From Pseudomonadota bacterium (lineage in GTDB: Bacteria > Pseudomonadota > Gammaproteobacteria > Burkholderiales > Casimicrobiaceae), in the NCBI GenBank assembly GCA_009786085.1, contig WQTW01000001.1, positions 14,177 through 78,176 of the forward strand: 64,000 nt of DNA, in the 5' to 3' direction. This document shows, in pieces, positions 18,254-27,291 of this stretch. Within the stretch, counting starts at the first letter, position 1; each line of letters starts with the position of its first letter. The notes under the pieces were generated by a model. It saw only the letters and a list, made by a program, of their open reading frames with translations. It was not told the origin of the DNA and made no database searches. Both the position numbers and the translations under genes were made by a program.

Positions 18254-18844
18254 TTATGCAGGGGGACGGCGCGCCGATTTGGGACGGAACGCCGAACAAA
18301 CCGCGTCATGGGTTTCGACGTAAGGCCCTCCGATCAGTTCAATGCAATACGGCACCGCCGCAAAAATCCCCTGAACCAGCGTTTTCCCGCTCTCGTCCTT
18401 GACGCCTTCCAGCGTCTCACGAATCGCCTTCGGCTGCCCTGGCAAATTCAGAATCAGCGCTTTTTTCCGAATGGCGCCGATCTGGCGCGACAAGATCGCC
18501 GTCGGCACGAAATGCAACGAAACCTGCCGCATCTGTTCGCCGAAGCCCGGCATGATTTTGTCGGCCACCGCCGCCGTGGCGTCCGGCGTCACATCGCGCA
18601 TGGCCGGGCCGGTGCCGCCGGTGGTCAACACCAGCGAACAATGCACTTCGTCGATCAATTCGATCAAAGTGCGCTCGATGATCGGCTGTTCGTCGGCAAT
18701 CAGGCGCGTTTCAAAATGCACCGGCGTTTTCAACGCTTGCATCAACCAATCTCTTAGCGACGGAATTCCCTTATCTTCGTAAACGCCCTGCGAAGCTCGG
18801 TCGCTGACCGAGACCAATCCAATACGCAACGGTGAAGTCGTCAT
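18254..18844 (-). CDS. mogA: molybdopterin adenylyltransferase MogA
   Basis: 196 aa, nearly collinear with E. coli MogA: '[21 protein letters not shown]', '[17 protein letters not shown]' and '[21 protein letters not shown]'. Confidence 0.9.
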   Translation of the reverse strand: MTTSPLRIGLVSVSDRASQGVYEDKGIPSLRDWLMQALKTPVHFETRLIADEQPIIERTLIELIDEVHCSLVLTTGGTGPAMRDVTPDATAAVADKIMPGFGEQMRQVSLHFVPTAILSRQIGAIRKKALILNLPGQPKAIRETLEGVKDESGKTLVQGIFAAVPYCIELIGGPYVETHDAVCSAFRPKSARRPPA

Positions 18845-19401
18845 GGCGAAACCTGTTTTGAATTGTCAGAAGAACCTTGAAGAGCATCGTCGGCATGTGT
18901 TTCAAAAAGCGCTTTCAATTCCTGAAACAACAAACGATAGTATCGCGGCGCTGCCCGTTGTTGGCGCCGTTCCTGCTGCGCCTGCTCGATGCGTTGCCGC
19001 CAAACTTCGCGCACCTCATCCGAAAACGTGTCGGGAAATTTCGCCGCCAATGCATCAAGTGACCGCGCGGGCTCCTCCAGCAAACGCTGCCGCCAATACT
19101 CCAGCCTCGCCATTTTCGCTTTCGTAGCAACGGGAACCGCCGTTTCCGCTTCCAGAAACGCGCGGATCGGTTCAGGGTCAACATCGCGCATCAGCCGTCC
19201 GATGAATTGCATCTGACGCCGCCGCGCTTCATGCCGCGTGATCGTCTGCACCGCGATGATGGCGTCGAACAAACGCTCGGGAAGGTCAAGCGTTTCCAGC
19301 TTGGCGACGCTTAACGCGACCAACGCTTCTCCCAATGCCTGAACTTCATGCATTTCTCTTTTTCGTTGCGATTTGGACGGCGCTAAAAACGGAGCAGCCA
19401 T
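18841..19401 (-). CDS. yjgA: ribosome-associated protein YjgA/DarP (DUF615)
   Basis: 'SKSQRKREMHEVQALGEALV.L....L..LDLPE.L..AI' is the DUF615 pattern. The ATG is at 19401 and the stop abuts the mogA start. Confidence 0.75.
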   Translation of the reverse strand: MAAPFLAPSKSQRKREMHEVQALGEALVALSVAKLETLDLPERLFDAIIAVQTITRHEARRRQMQFIGRLMRDVDPEPIRAFLEAETAVPVATKAKMARLEYWRQRLLEEPARSLDALAAKFPDTFSDEVREVWRQRIEQAQQERRQQRAAPRYYRLLFQELKALFETHADDALQGSSDNSKQVSP

Positions 19402-19501
19402 TTTTTCAATTTCCGATAAAGGTGTCCGGTGTTGCCGAACGGATGGAGCCGCGTAGCATACCACACGGATTCGTCAAATTGTGTGGACATCTCCCGCATT
19501 T

Positions 19502-20455
19502 CTATGCTCCTTCTACCCGCGCTTTTGCCCAAGCGCCCACATCCTCCGTGAACGGGTCTGCCGTCAGCAGATTCGACATGCTGCGCAACCAGGTGATCTG
19601 CCGCTTGGCGAGTTGCCGCGTCGCGGCGATGCCGGTAGCGCGTAACGTGGCTTCGTCACATCCGCCGTCGAGATACGTCCAGACTTGCCGATAACCGACG
19701 CAACGCATCGACGGCATCGATGGCGTCAACGGATAACGCGCTCGCAACGCGCGCACTTCATCCAACAAACCGTCTTCCAGCATGCGATCGAAACGCCGCG
19801 CAATGGCGTCGTGCAACATCTTCCTGTCGTTCGGCAACAACGCCAGACACAGATGCGAACCCAGGGTTTCATCGGCTTGTTGCTGCCCTTGCCGTTGCCC
19901 TTGCAACTGCGAGAGCGGTGTCCCCGTCAGCCGCCATACTTCGAGCGCGCGCTGGATGCGTTGCGCGTCGGTCGGCTTCAAACGCGCCGCCGTAACCGGA
20001 TCGACGCGGGCAAGTTCGGCGTGCAACACCGGCCAACCATCGCGCGTCGCCCAGTCATCCAGTTCGGTGCGCACCGCTTCATCCGCCATCGGCAATTCGC
20101 TCAAGCCTTCGAGCAGCGCCTTGAAATACAGCATGGTGCCTCCCACCAGCAGCGGTCGTTTGCCGCGCGCGCGGATGTCTTGAACGGCGGCGAGCGCATC
20201 GCGCACAAAACGCGCCGCCGAATAAGGTTCGGTCGGGTCGATCAGGTCGATCAAATGGTGCGGCACACGCGCACACGTTGCGGCATCCGGTTTGGCGGTT
20301 CCGATGTTCATACCGCGGTACACCTGCGCTGAGTCAACACTGACGATCTCGCCGTCGAAACGATCGGCAAGCGCCAGCGCCAACGCACTCTTGCCGGTCG
20401 CGGTCGGGCCCATCAGTAAAATGGCAGAGGGAGAATGGGGTGGCATGTTTTTCAT
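19502..20455 (-). CDS. miaA: tRNA dimethylallyltransferase
   Basis: P-loop '[14 protein letters not shown]' and '[21 protein letters not shown]' are MiaA signatures. 317 aa. Confidence 0.9.
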   Translation of the reverse strand: MKNMPPHSPSAILLMGPTATGKSALALALADRFDGEIVSVDSAQVYRGMNIGTAKPDAATCARVPHHLIDLIDPTEPYSAARFVRDALAAVQDIRARGKRPLLVGGTMLYFKALLEGLSELPMADEAVRTELDDWATRDGWPVLHAELARVDPVTAARLKPTDAQRIQRALEVWRLTGTPLSQLQGQRQGQQQADETLGSHLCLALLPNDRKMLHDAIARRFDRMLEDGLLDEVRALRARYPLTPSMPSMRCVGYRQVWTYLDGGCDEATLRATGIAATRQLAKRQITWLRSMSNLLTADPFTEDVGAWAKARVEGA

Positions 20456-20493
20456 TAAAACGATTTTAACCGCAAAGAACGGGGTTCAGCGCC

Positions 20494-20526
20494 GTAGGCT
20501 GGGATGAAGCGAAGCGCAATCCCAGC
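20494..20526 (+). repeat. GTAG-type REP flanking the RayT gene (left copy)
   Basis: 'gtaggctgggatgaagcgaagcgcaatcccagc' has a GTAG head and an imperfect palindrome (ctggga.../...tcccag). It matches the reverse complement of 21091-21123 at 31 of 33 positions. Confidence 0.85.
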
Positions 20527-20549
20527 AACCCCGCACAGCACCTGCAGCA

Positions 20550-21077
20550 TCATTCCCGTTCCATGTCGTCTAATTCATTGCTTGCCCAGTCTTCGGTATA
20601 AACGCCTCGGCTCACCCAGCGGGAAAACGTCGAATACGGCCAATCTTTGGTTCTTGCCACAAGACCATGCTTGACTGGATTATAGTGGATATAATCCACA
20701 TGCCGAGCGTAATCCTGTTCGTCTCGAATGAGGTGTTCCCAATAACGACGCTGCCAGATACCACGCTCGCCTTTGCGCAGACGGCTTTCCGAACGGCGCT
20801 CGCCCGGTTCCAATGATCGTGAGAAATATGATTTGATCAGCCGCCAGCGATTAGGGTAGTCATTATCTCCCTGCGGTAGTTGCCAGATGCAGTGCAAGTG
20901 ATCAGGCAAGACGACAGCCGCATCCATAACAGTCGGATACGTTACGAATGTTCGGCGGAACGCTTCGCGCAAATGATCGATTCTGTCGATCAACAGGGTA
21001 TTGTCGCGACGTTCGGCCAGATTGACCGTGAAGAAATACAAGCCACCGGGTGTTCGATTGCGGAGATAGGTTCTCAT
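20550..21077 (-). CDS. REP-associated tyrosine transposase (RayT / IS200-like Y1 transposase)
   Basis: 175 aa with the HUH motif in 'LPDHLHCIW' and the catalytic-Tyr region 'HVDYIHYNPVKHGLV'. It is flanked by inverted GTAG REPs. The ATG is at 21077; the longer track ORF runs into the REP. Confidence 0.85.
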   Translation of the reverse strand: MRTYLRNRTPGGLYFFTVNLAERRDNTLLIDRIDHLREAFRRTFVTYPTVMDAAVVLPDHLHCIWQLPQGDNDYPNRWRLIKSYFSRSLEPGERRSESRLRKGERGIWQRRYWEHLIRDEQDYARHVDYIHYNPVKHGLVARTKDWPYSTFSRWVSRGVYTEDWASNELDDMERE

Positions 21078-21090
21078 GGTGAAAAGGTTT

Positions 21091-21123
21091 GCTGGGATTA
21101 CGCTGCGCTTCATCCCAGCCTAC
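21091..21123 (-). repeat. GTAG-type REP flanking the RayT gene (right copy, inverted)
   Basis: The reverse complement reads 'gtaggctgggatgaagcgcagcgtaatcccagc'. The inverted orientation relative to 20494-20526 is the classical RayT-REP arrangement. Confidence 0.85.
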
Positions 21124-21145
21124 GCTATGCGATCTGACCTCTGAA

Positions 21146-23017
21146 TCACTTCCCGCGCATGAACAACGCGTCGAGCGCTTCAAGCGTCAACGAATACCAG
21201 GTCGGTCGTCCGTGGTTGCATTGCCCGCCGCGCTCGGTGCGCTCCATGTCGCGCAGCAGCGCGTTCATTTCAGGAACCGTCAACAAGCGGTGGGCGCGCA
21301 CCGCGCCGTGGCAGGCCATCGTCGCCAACACGTCGTTTCGCCGCATATCGACTTCCTGCGTGCTGCCCAAATCGTGCAAATCGCGCAGCACGGCGCGCAC
21401 CAATCCCGCCGCGTCGGCGTCCCGCAACATCGCCGGAAGGCAGCGAATCGCCAACGTTGTCGGCCCCACGGCGTTCAACTCGAAACCGAGCGTCTCCAGC
21501 GCTTCGGCATGCGCTTCGGCGGTCGCCATTTCCAGCGTCGTCGCCGTCATCGATACCGGCACCAGCAAGCGCTGTGACGGCAACGACTGCGATGCTGCGG
21601 TTTCCTTCATCCGCTCATAGACAATGCGCTCGTGCGCAGCGTGCATGTCCACCAGCACCAGCCCCGCATGGTTTTGCGCGAGAATGTAAATCCCGTGCAG
21701 TTGCGCAAGCGCGAAACCCAGCGGCGGCACACCGGCGGATTCGTTCTCTTGCGTGATGGGCGGCGCGGATGTTGAAGAAACGTTTTCAATCGCCGAAGAA
21801 GATTTCGTTCCGAATAATTTGCCGTAAAACGGCGATGGTCCCAGGCTTTCAGACGCCGCTGTTTCGCGCACCGGAAGTGAAAACGCTTTTTGCGCCGACG
21901 GATAATACGTTCGCGCTTCTTCCGGCTTTGCTGGAACAGAAAAGCGCCGCGCGTCAACATCCGAAGGTTGCGCACCGCTTACCGCTTTTGTGCTGCTTAT
22001 GGCGACACCCGCCGTCACTTGCCCGCCGACCGGCAACGCCAGCGCCCGCTCGGCGCTTTGCCGGACAAAACGGTGAATCGCCTGGCTGTCGCGGAAACGA
22101 ACTTCGGTTTTTTGCGGATGAACGTTGACATCGACGCTGCGCGGGTCAAGCGTCAGCCACAACGCGTAAGACGGTTGTTGCCCGCCGTGCAGAACATCAC
22201 GAAACGCCTCACGCAACGCATGCAGCACGACACGATCACGCACGAAACGACCGTTCACAAAAAAATAAACGGCTTCTTTCGGCAGCGCGGCTCCGGCTGT
22301 CGGCGACGCGACATAACCCGTCAGTCGCAAATCGGCGGCTGAGGTGTCCAGGAATCGCGCGACCTGGGTAAACGCTTCTCCCAATACTTGTTGCACGCGC
22401 TCTTCGCGCGTCGCGCCCGGCCAGCGGTGAACTTCGCGGCCATTGTGTTTCAACAAAAAAGAAACGTCAGGATAAGCCAGCGCGATGCGGCGAAACATCT
22501 CTTCGCAATGCGCCCATTCGGTCGCTTCGGTGCGCAAGAATTTTCGACGCGCCGGCGTGTTGAAATACAAATCGTCGAGCGTAATCGTCGTTCCCACCGC
22601 CAGCGCCGCCGGTTCAACCGCGCCGACCGTTCCGCCTTCGACATCGAGCCGCCAGGCGTGCGCCGCGCCGCGCGCGCGCGACACCAGCGAGAAACGCGAC
22701 ACCGCCGCCATCGACGCCAACGCTTCGCCACGAAAACCCAGCGTCGCAATCGCATCGAGATCAGAAGGCGCTACGATTTTCGATGTGGCGTGTCGCGCCA
22801 CCGCCAACGGCAAATCGTCGCGCTCCATGCCGATCCCATCGTCGCTCACTTGCAGGCGTTTGCAACCGCCGCCGGTCAGCGTGACTTCGATGTGCGTCGC
22901 CTGCGCATCGAGACTGTTCTCCAGCAACTCTTTCAACGCGGCAGCCGGTCGCTCAACCACCTCACCGGCGGCGATCTGGTTGATCAGTTGATCGGAGAGC
23001 GGATGAATGGCGGGCAT
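21146..23017 (-). CDS. mutL: DNA mismatch repair protein MutL
   Basis: 623 aa. The N-terminus 'L.DQLINQIAAGEVVERPAAALKELLENSLDA' is the GHKL ATPase region, and a MutL C-terminal dimerisation region follows. Confidence 0.9.
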   Translation of the reverse strand: MPAIHPLSDQLINQIAAGEVVERPAAALKELLENSLDAQATHIEVTLTGGGCKRLQVSDDGIGMERDDLPLAVARHATSKIVAPSDLDAIATLGFRGEALASMAAVSRFSLVSRARGAAHAWRLDVEGGTVGAVEPAALAVGTTITLDDLYFNTPARRKFLRTEATEWAHCEEMFRRIALAYPDVSFLLKHNGREVHRWPGATREERVQQVLGEAFTQVARFLDTSAADLRLTGYVASPTAGAALPKEAVYFFVNGRFVRDRVVLHALREAFRDVLHGGQQPSYALWLTLDPRSVDVNVHPQKTEVRFRDSQAIHRFVRQSAERALALPVGGQVTAGVAISSTKAVSGAQPSDVDARRFSVPAKPEEARTYYPSAQKAFSLPVRETAASESLGPSPFYGKLFGTKSSSAIENVSSTSAPPITQENESAGVPPLGFALAQLHGIYILAQNHAGLVLVDMHAAHERIVYERMKETAASQSLPSQRLLVPVSMTATTLEMATAEAHAEALETLGFELNAVGPTTLAIRCLPAMLRDADAAGLVRAVLRDLHDLGSTQEVDMRRNDVLATMACHGAVRAHRLLTVPEMNALLRDMERTERGGQCNHGRPTWYSLTLEALDALFMRGK

Positions 23018-23246
23018 GGCAGGGGGCAGATGTCAGAAGTCAGATATCAGATACCAGATATCAGGAATGTAGCACTCACGCGTAATGTTTTCATCAAAAC
23101 AACACCCTCTCCCCCACCCCTCTCCCGCAAGCGGGATATGATACCTGACCTTTGACATCTGACGTCTGACATCTGACATCTGACATCTGACATCTGACAT
23201 CTGACATCTGACATCTGATATCTGACTTCTGACATCTGTCATCTGC
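23018..23246. repeat. paired inverted heptamer arrays (STRR-like) around a truncated P1 hairpin
   Basis: The left arm (23027-23068) runs in the tcaga orientation and the right arm (23141-23246, about 15 units of atctgac) is opposed. 23027-23052 is the exact reverse complement of 23213-23238, a 26-bp perfect inverted repeat. The block spans from the mutL ATG to the folE2 stop. Confidence 0.95.
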
Positions 23247-24048
23247 CCCCTGTTATCTGCGCATACGCCGAGTGGTTGTGAATCGACTCGAAGTTTTCCG
23301 CTTCGACGCTGAACGAAGCCAGACGTTTGTCAACGGCCATGCGTTGCGCGATGCTGCGCACCAGGTCTTCAACAAAATTGGGGTGATCGTAAGCGTATTC
23401 GGTGACGTATTTTTCGTCGGCGCGTTTCAGAATCGCGTAAAGCTCACTCGACGCTTCTTCTTCGGCCATCCGGATCAGATCCATCACGAAGATCGGCTCG
23501 TTCAAGGTCGCGCCCAGCGTCACCACCGAGCGTTGATTGTGCGCGCCGTAATCAGAAATTCTCTTTGAGCAGGGGCACAGCGACGTGACGGGAATATCGA
23601 CTTCCACCTTCTCGCGGTATTGTCCTTCTTCCACTTCGGCGCTCAAACGCACCTGATAATCCATCGTGCTTTCGATTCCCGACACCGGCGCTTTCTTGCG
23701 CACGAAGAAATCGAACGCCAGATGTATCTCGCCCGAAGTCGCCCCCAATCGCTTGAGCAGCAGCGCCGACCAGTCGCGCAACGCGCCGATCGCCAGCGGT
23801 TTCTTTGCGCTCTTTCCGCTCATTTCTTCAAACAGCGTCACCAGCCGCGACATGTGCGTGCCTTTCTGGTGCGCCGACAGCATGGTATAGGCGCTGCATG
23901 TGGCAATCGTCGGCTGCGCCAGACCTTCGAGATCAGCGAAATAAATCGGATAGCGCAGACGTTTCACACCGACACGGTCGATCTTCAATCGCCGCGTATC
24001 GCTTTCCGACTGCACGTCGGGCATGGGTTTTGTTTCTTTAGCGTTCAT
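23239..24048 (-). CDS. folE2: GTP cyclohydrolase FolE2 (type IB)
   Basis: 269 aa. 'PDVQ...D.R.L.IDRVGVK.LRYPI' and '[17 protein letters not shown]' are FolE2 signatures. An ATGA overlap joins it to the dxs stop. The last codons and the stop lie in the heptamer array. Confidence 0.85.
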   Translation of the reverse strand: MNAKETKPMPDVQSESDTRRLKIDRVGVKRLRYPIYFADLEGLAQPTIATCSAYTMLSAHQKGTHMSRLVTLFEEMSGKSAKKPLAIGALRDWSALLLKRLGATSGEIHLAFDFFVRKKAPVSGIESTMDYQVRLSAEVEEGQYREKVEVDIPVTSLCPCSKRISDYGAHNQRSVVTLGATLNEPIFVMDLIRMAEEEASSELYAILKRADEKYVTEYAYDHPNFVEDLVRSIAQRMAVDKRLASFSVEAENFESIHNHSAYAQITGGR

Positions 24049-26066
24049 GAATTTTCGCCTAATCTTGATCCGCCGCGCTCAGGAAGGCGCGCCTGCCAGG
24101 CCTGCACTTGCCGGATGATGCCCGCCGCGTCGAGGCCGCATTGCGCCAGCAGTTCTTCCGGCGCGCCATGTTCGATAAAACGATCGGGCAGCCCCAGATG
24201 CAAGATCGGTTTGACGATGCCGGCGTGGGTCAGGTATTCGGCAACCGCCGTTCCCGCGCCGCCCATCACCACATTTTCTTCGAGCGTGACCAGCCCATCG
24301 TGAGTGTGCGCCAGTTCTTCGATCAGCGCGGCGTCGAGCGGCTTGACGAAACGCATGTTGGCGACCGTCGCGTCGAGCGTTGCCGCCGCCGCCAACGCAT
24401 TCGTCAACGGCGCACCGAACACCAGCAACGCGATTTTCTTTTCGTTGTCGCCACGACCCGTGATGCGACGGCGAATTTCGCCACGTCCCACCGGTATCGT
24501 TTCCAGCGTTGACGGCGCCGTCACGCCGGGGCCTGTGCCGCGCGGATAGCGCACGGCAGCCGGCGTATTCATTCGGAACGCCGTCGTCAGCATCGCGCGG
24601 CTTTCGGCTTCGTCCGTCGGCGCCATGATGGTCAAGTTGGGCAAACAGCGCATGAACGACAAATCGAACGCGCCGATGTGCGTCGGCCCGTCGGCGCCGA
24701 CGATACCGGCGCGATCGATCGCAAACACGACCGGCAGGTTTTGCAACACGACATCGTGAACGAGTTGATCGTAAGCCCGCTGCAAAAACGTCGAATAGAT
24801 CGCCACCACCGGCTTCAAGCCATCGCACGCCAGACCGGCAGCGAAAGTCACCGCATGTTGTTCGGCGATGCCGACATCGAAATACCGTTGCGGAAAGTCG
24901 CGCGCGAATTCGGTCAACCCCGAACCTTCGCACATCGCCGGCGTGATCGCCACCAGTCTCTCATCGGCGCGCGCCATGTCGCACAACCATTGGCCGAACA
25001 CGTCCGTGTACGTCGGACGAGCTTCCGCTTTCGGCGCGATGCCCGCTTCCGGATCGAAACGACCGACGCCGTGATAGAGAATCGGGTCCTGCACGGCCGG
25101 TGCATACCCGTGTCCTTTTTCGGTGACGATGTGCAGCAGGCGCGGCCCTTTCAGATCCCGCATGTTGACCAGCGTTTTCGTCAACGTATCGACATCGTGT
25201 CCATTGATCGGGCCGACGTAAAAGAATCCGAATTCCTCGAACAGCGTACTGGGCAACAGCATGCCCTTCGTGTGTTCCTCCACCTGCTTCGCAAAACGTT
25301 TCATCGGCGGAAATTTGGCGAGGATGTCCTTGCCGCTTTCGCGCACCGAGTTGTACAGCGGACTGGTCAATATTTGAGCGAGGTGTTGATGAAACGCGCC
25401 GACCGGTTTCGAGATCGACATTTCGTTGTCGTTCAGAATCACCAGAAGATTCGCGTCCATCGCGCCGGCGTTGTTCAACGCCTCGAACGCCATGCCGCCG
25501 CTCATCGCACCATCGCCGATCACCGCCACCACACGCCGCGAATCGCCGCCGGCCTTCGCCGCCACCGCCATACCGAGCGCCGCCGAAATCGATGTTGAGG
25601 AATGCGCCGTGCCGAACGCATCGTATTCGCTCTCGGCGCGCGACGGAAAACCGGACAACCCGCCTTTCTGCCGCAAAGTGTGCAAACGCGCGCGCCGGCC
25701 GGTCAGCGCCTTGTGTGCGTAGGTTTGATGACCCACGTCCCAGATGATTCGGTCGTCCGGCGTGTTGAACGCGTAATGCAGCGCCACCGTCAATTCGATC
25801 ACGCCGAGATTCGACGACAAATGCCCGCCCGTATGTGAAACCGTTTTCAACACAAACGCGCGCAATTCCTCGACCAGCTTCGGCAATGCTTCGCGCGGCA
25901 ACGCCCGCACATCCTGCGGCGAAGCAATCGTGTCAAGCAGCGATGTCGGGTTCTCGGTACTGATGTTTGCCTCCGTTTTGTTCATCGCCCATTCGACAGC
26001 GTTCTCCGTCGTCGCATCAGCGTCTCGGGGAACCTCGGTAAACATCGAGCCGGAAAAAGAATTCAT
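24045..26066 (-). CDS. dxs: 1-deoxy-D-xylulose-5-phosphate synthase
   Basis: '[13 protein letters not shown]....L..L..ELR', the TPP motif '[15 protein letters not shown]' and a transketolase-like C-terminus. I chose the ATG at 26066, which follows a GGAG and lies just after the ispA stop. Confidence 0.9.
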   Translation of the reverse strand: MNSFSGSMFTEVPRDADATTENAVEWAMNKTEANISTENPTSLLDTIASPQDVRALPREALPKLVEELRAFVLKTVSHTGGHLSSNLGVIELTVALHYAFNTPDDRIIWDVGHQTYAHKALTGRRARLHTLRQKGGLSGFPSRAESEYDAFGTAHSSTSISAALGMAVAAKAGGDSRRVVAVIGDGAMSGGMAFEALNNAGAMDANLLVILNDNEMSISKPVGAFHQHLAQILTSPLYNSVRESGKDILAKFPPMKRFAKQVEEHTKGMLLPSTLFEEFGFFYVGPINGHDVDTLTKTLVNMRDLKGPRLLHIVTEKGHGYAPAVQDPILYHGVGRFDPEAGIAPKAEARPTYTDVFGQWLCDMARADERLVAITPAMCEGSGLTEFARDFPQRYFDVGIAEQHAVTFAAGLACDGLKPVVAIYSTFLQRAYDQLVHDVVLQNLPVVFAIDRAGIVGADGPTHIGAFDLSFMRCLPNLTIMAPTDEAESRAMLTTAFRMNTPAAVRYPRGTGPGVTAPSTLETIPVGRGEIRRRITGRGDNEKKIALLVFGAPLTNALAAAATLDATVANMRFVKPLDAALIEELAHTHDGLVTLEENVVMGGAGTAVAEYLTHAGIVKPILHLGLPDRFIEHGAPEELLAQCGLDAAGIIRQVQAWQARLPERGGSRLGENS

Positions 26067-26069
26067 CAC

Positions 26070-26939
26070 TCAATAACTCCGCGCAACGGCCTGCGCCGCC
26101 AACGCCTTCAGCGGCCAGGCCGCCGTCCCGAAAAGTTCCAGCGCCTGCTGCGCTTCCTCGCACAGCGCGCGCATTTTTTCTTTGGCGCTTGGCAAACCGA
26201 GCAGCGCCACATACGTGGCTTTATTCTGCGCAGCGTCCTTGCCCGCCGTCTTGCCCAAGTCGGGCGTGCTGCCCTCAACATCGAGCACATCGTCGGCCAC
26301 CTGAAACGCCAACCCGATCGCCGCCGCGTAACGAGTCAGCGCCGTCTGCGTTGCGTGCCCCACCGACGCGCCGCACGCCGCGCCCAACATCACCGCCGCC
26401 TCAATCAGCGCGCCGGTTTTCTTCCGATGCATCGCCTCCAACGCTTCCATCGTCGTCGCCTCACCGCTCAAATCGCGCGCCTGTCCGCCGACCATGCCAC
26501 TCGCTCCCGCTGCTTTCGCCAGCAACGCGCATGCCGCCGCCGGATCGGGCATCCGGCTTTGCGCCAACACCTCGAACGCCTGCGCCTGCAACGCATCCCC
26601 CGCCAACAACGCCATCGCTTCGCCGAACGCGATGTGACACGCCGGTTGACCGCGCCGCACCGCATCATCATCCATACAAGGCAAATCATCGTGCACCAGC
26701 GAATACGCATGCAACAACTCCACCGCCGCCGCCGGCGCATCCGCCACCGCCACATCCGCGCCGCACAACTCCGCCGTCGCATACACCAGCAACGCCCGCC
26801 AGCGCTTCCCGCCCGACAAAGTTGCATAACGCATCGCTTCCCACAAACGCGGCGCCTCCGCCGACGACGAAGGCGCCGTCAGAAAACGAGCGAGCGCCGT
26901 CTCGACACGCGCCCGATGCGTCGCCTGCCAGGTGATCAT
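26070..26939 (-). CDS. ispA: farnesyl-diphosphate synthase (geranyltranstransferase)
   Basis: It carries the DDxxD motifs 'LVHDDLPCMDDD' and 'FQVADDVLD'. The ATG at 26939 aligns with the E. coli IspA N-terminus. An upstream ATG at 26996 would overlap xseB, so the start is uncertain. Confidence 0.85.
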   Translation of the reverse strand: MITWQATHRARVETALARFLTAPSSSAEAPRLWEAMRYATLSGGKRWRALLVYATAELCGADVAVADAPAAAVELLHAYSLVHDDLPCMDDDAVRRGQPACHIAFGEAMALLAGDALQAQAFEVLAQSRMPDPAAACALLAKAAGASGMVGGQARDLSGEATTMEALEAMHRKKTGALIEAAVMLGAACGASVGHATQTALTRYAAAIGLAFQVADDVLDVEGSTPDLGKTAGKDAAQNKATYVALLGLPSAKEKMRALCEEAQQALELFGTAAWPLKALAAQAVARSY

Positions 26940-26970
26940 CGCCGCCGCCGAAGACGCCGCGTCGGAAGGC

Positions 26971-27273
26971 TCAATCGTCACGCGCTGCGTCGTCATCGCC
27001 AAACGCCTTCAACATGCCGTCCTCCAACACCTGCACCTGCTGCTGCGCATCGCGCAAAGCGTTCTGGCAAAACGCCAGCAACACCGCGCCGCGCTGGTAC
27101 GAGGCCAGCGCCTCCGCCAGCGGCAAACTGCCCTGCTCCATCCGGGTCACCATGTCCTCCAGCTCGGCCATCGCCGCCTCAAAACTGGCGGGGGGAGTGG
27201 AAAAAGCGCTGGCAGAAGCGCTGGCAAGCGCGTTGGCAGATGCTTTGGAAGCGGCGGCGGGGGATTTGCCCAT
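26971..27273 (-). CDS. xseB: exodeoxyribonuclease VII small subunit
   Basis: 'SFEAAMAELE.MV..ME.G.LPL.EAL..YQRG..L...C...L..A.Q.V' is the XseB pattern, and xseB-ispA-dxs synteny is conserved. The ATG is at 27273. Confidence 0.8.
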   Translation of the reverse strand: MGKSPAAASKASANALASASASAFSTPPASFEAAMAELEDMVTRMEQGSLPLAEALASYQRGAVLLAFCQNALRDAQQQVQVLEDGMLKAFGDDDAARDD

Positions 27274-27291
27274 GTGCGTCTCATGCGTCAA

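Noticed and set aside
23033-23242. Small ORFs translated from repeat DNA. Examples: 'MSDVRCQMSDVRCQ' at 23033-23242, 377-718, 27813-28148, 33284-33311-type ORFs, 34178-34556, 45443-45761, 49239-49845 and 52261-52649.
   Set aside because: The reading frames exist only because the heptamer arrays and word modules lack stops in one orientation. The same peptides recur wherever the DNA module recurs, in either orientation, and there are no start-site signals.
23141-23246. The heptamer arrays and the 16-bp tandem repeat (49215-49278) as possible CRISPR arrays.
   Set aside because: The units are 7 or 16 bp and directly abut with no unique spacers. There is no leader and there are no cas genes in the window.
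26996-27002. Longer ispA start (ATG 26996 / TTG 27002) and the longer track starts for xseB, dxs, yggS, ubiE, ribBA, cinA, arnB, arnT, fdoI, thyA and the RayT gene.
   Set aside because: The extensions overlap upstream genes or repeat modules and add residues absent from well-known homologues. I preferred internal ATG or GTG codons with better spacing or a Shine-Dalgarno. The ispA and nusB starts remain uncertain.
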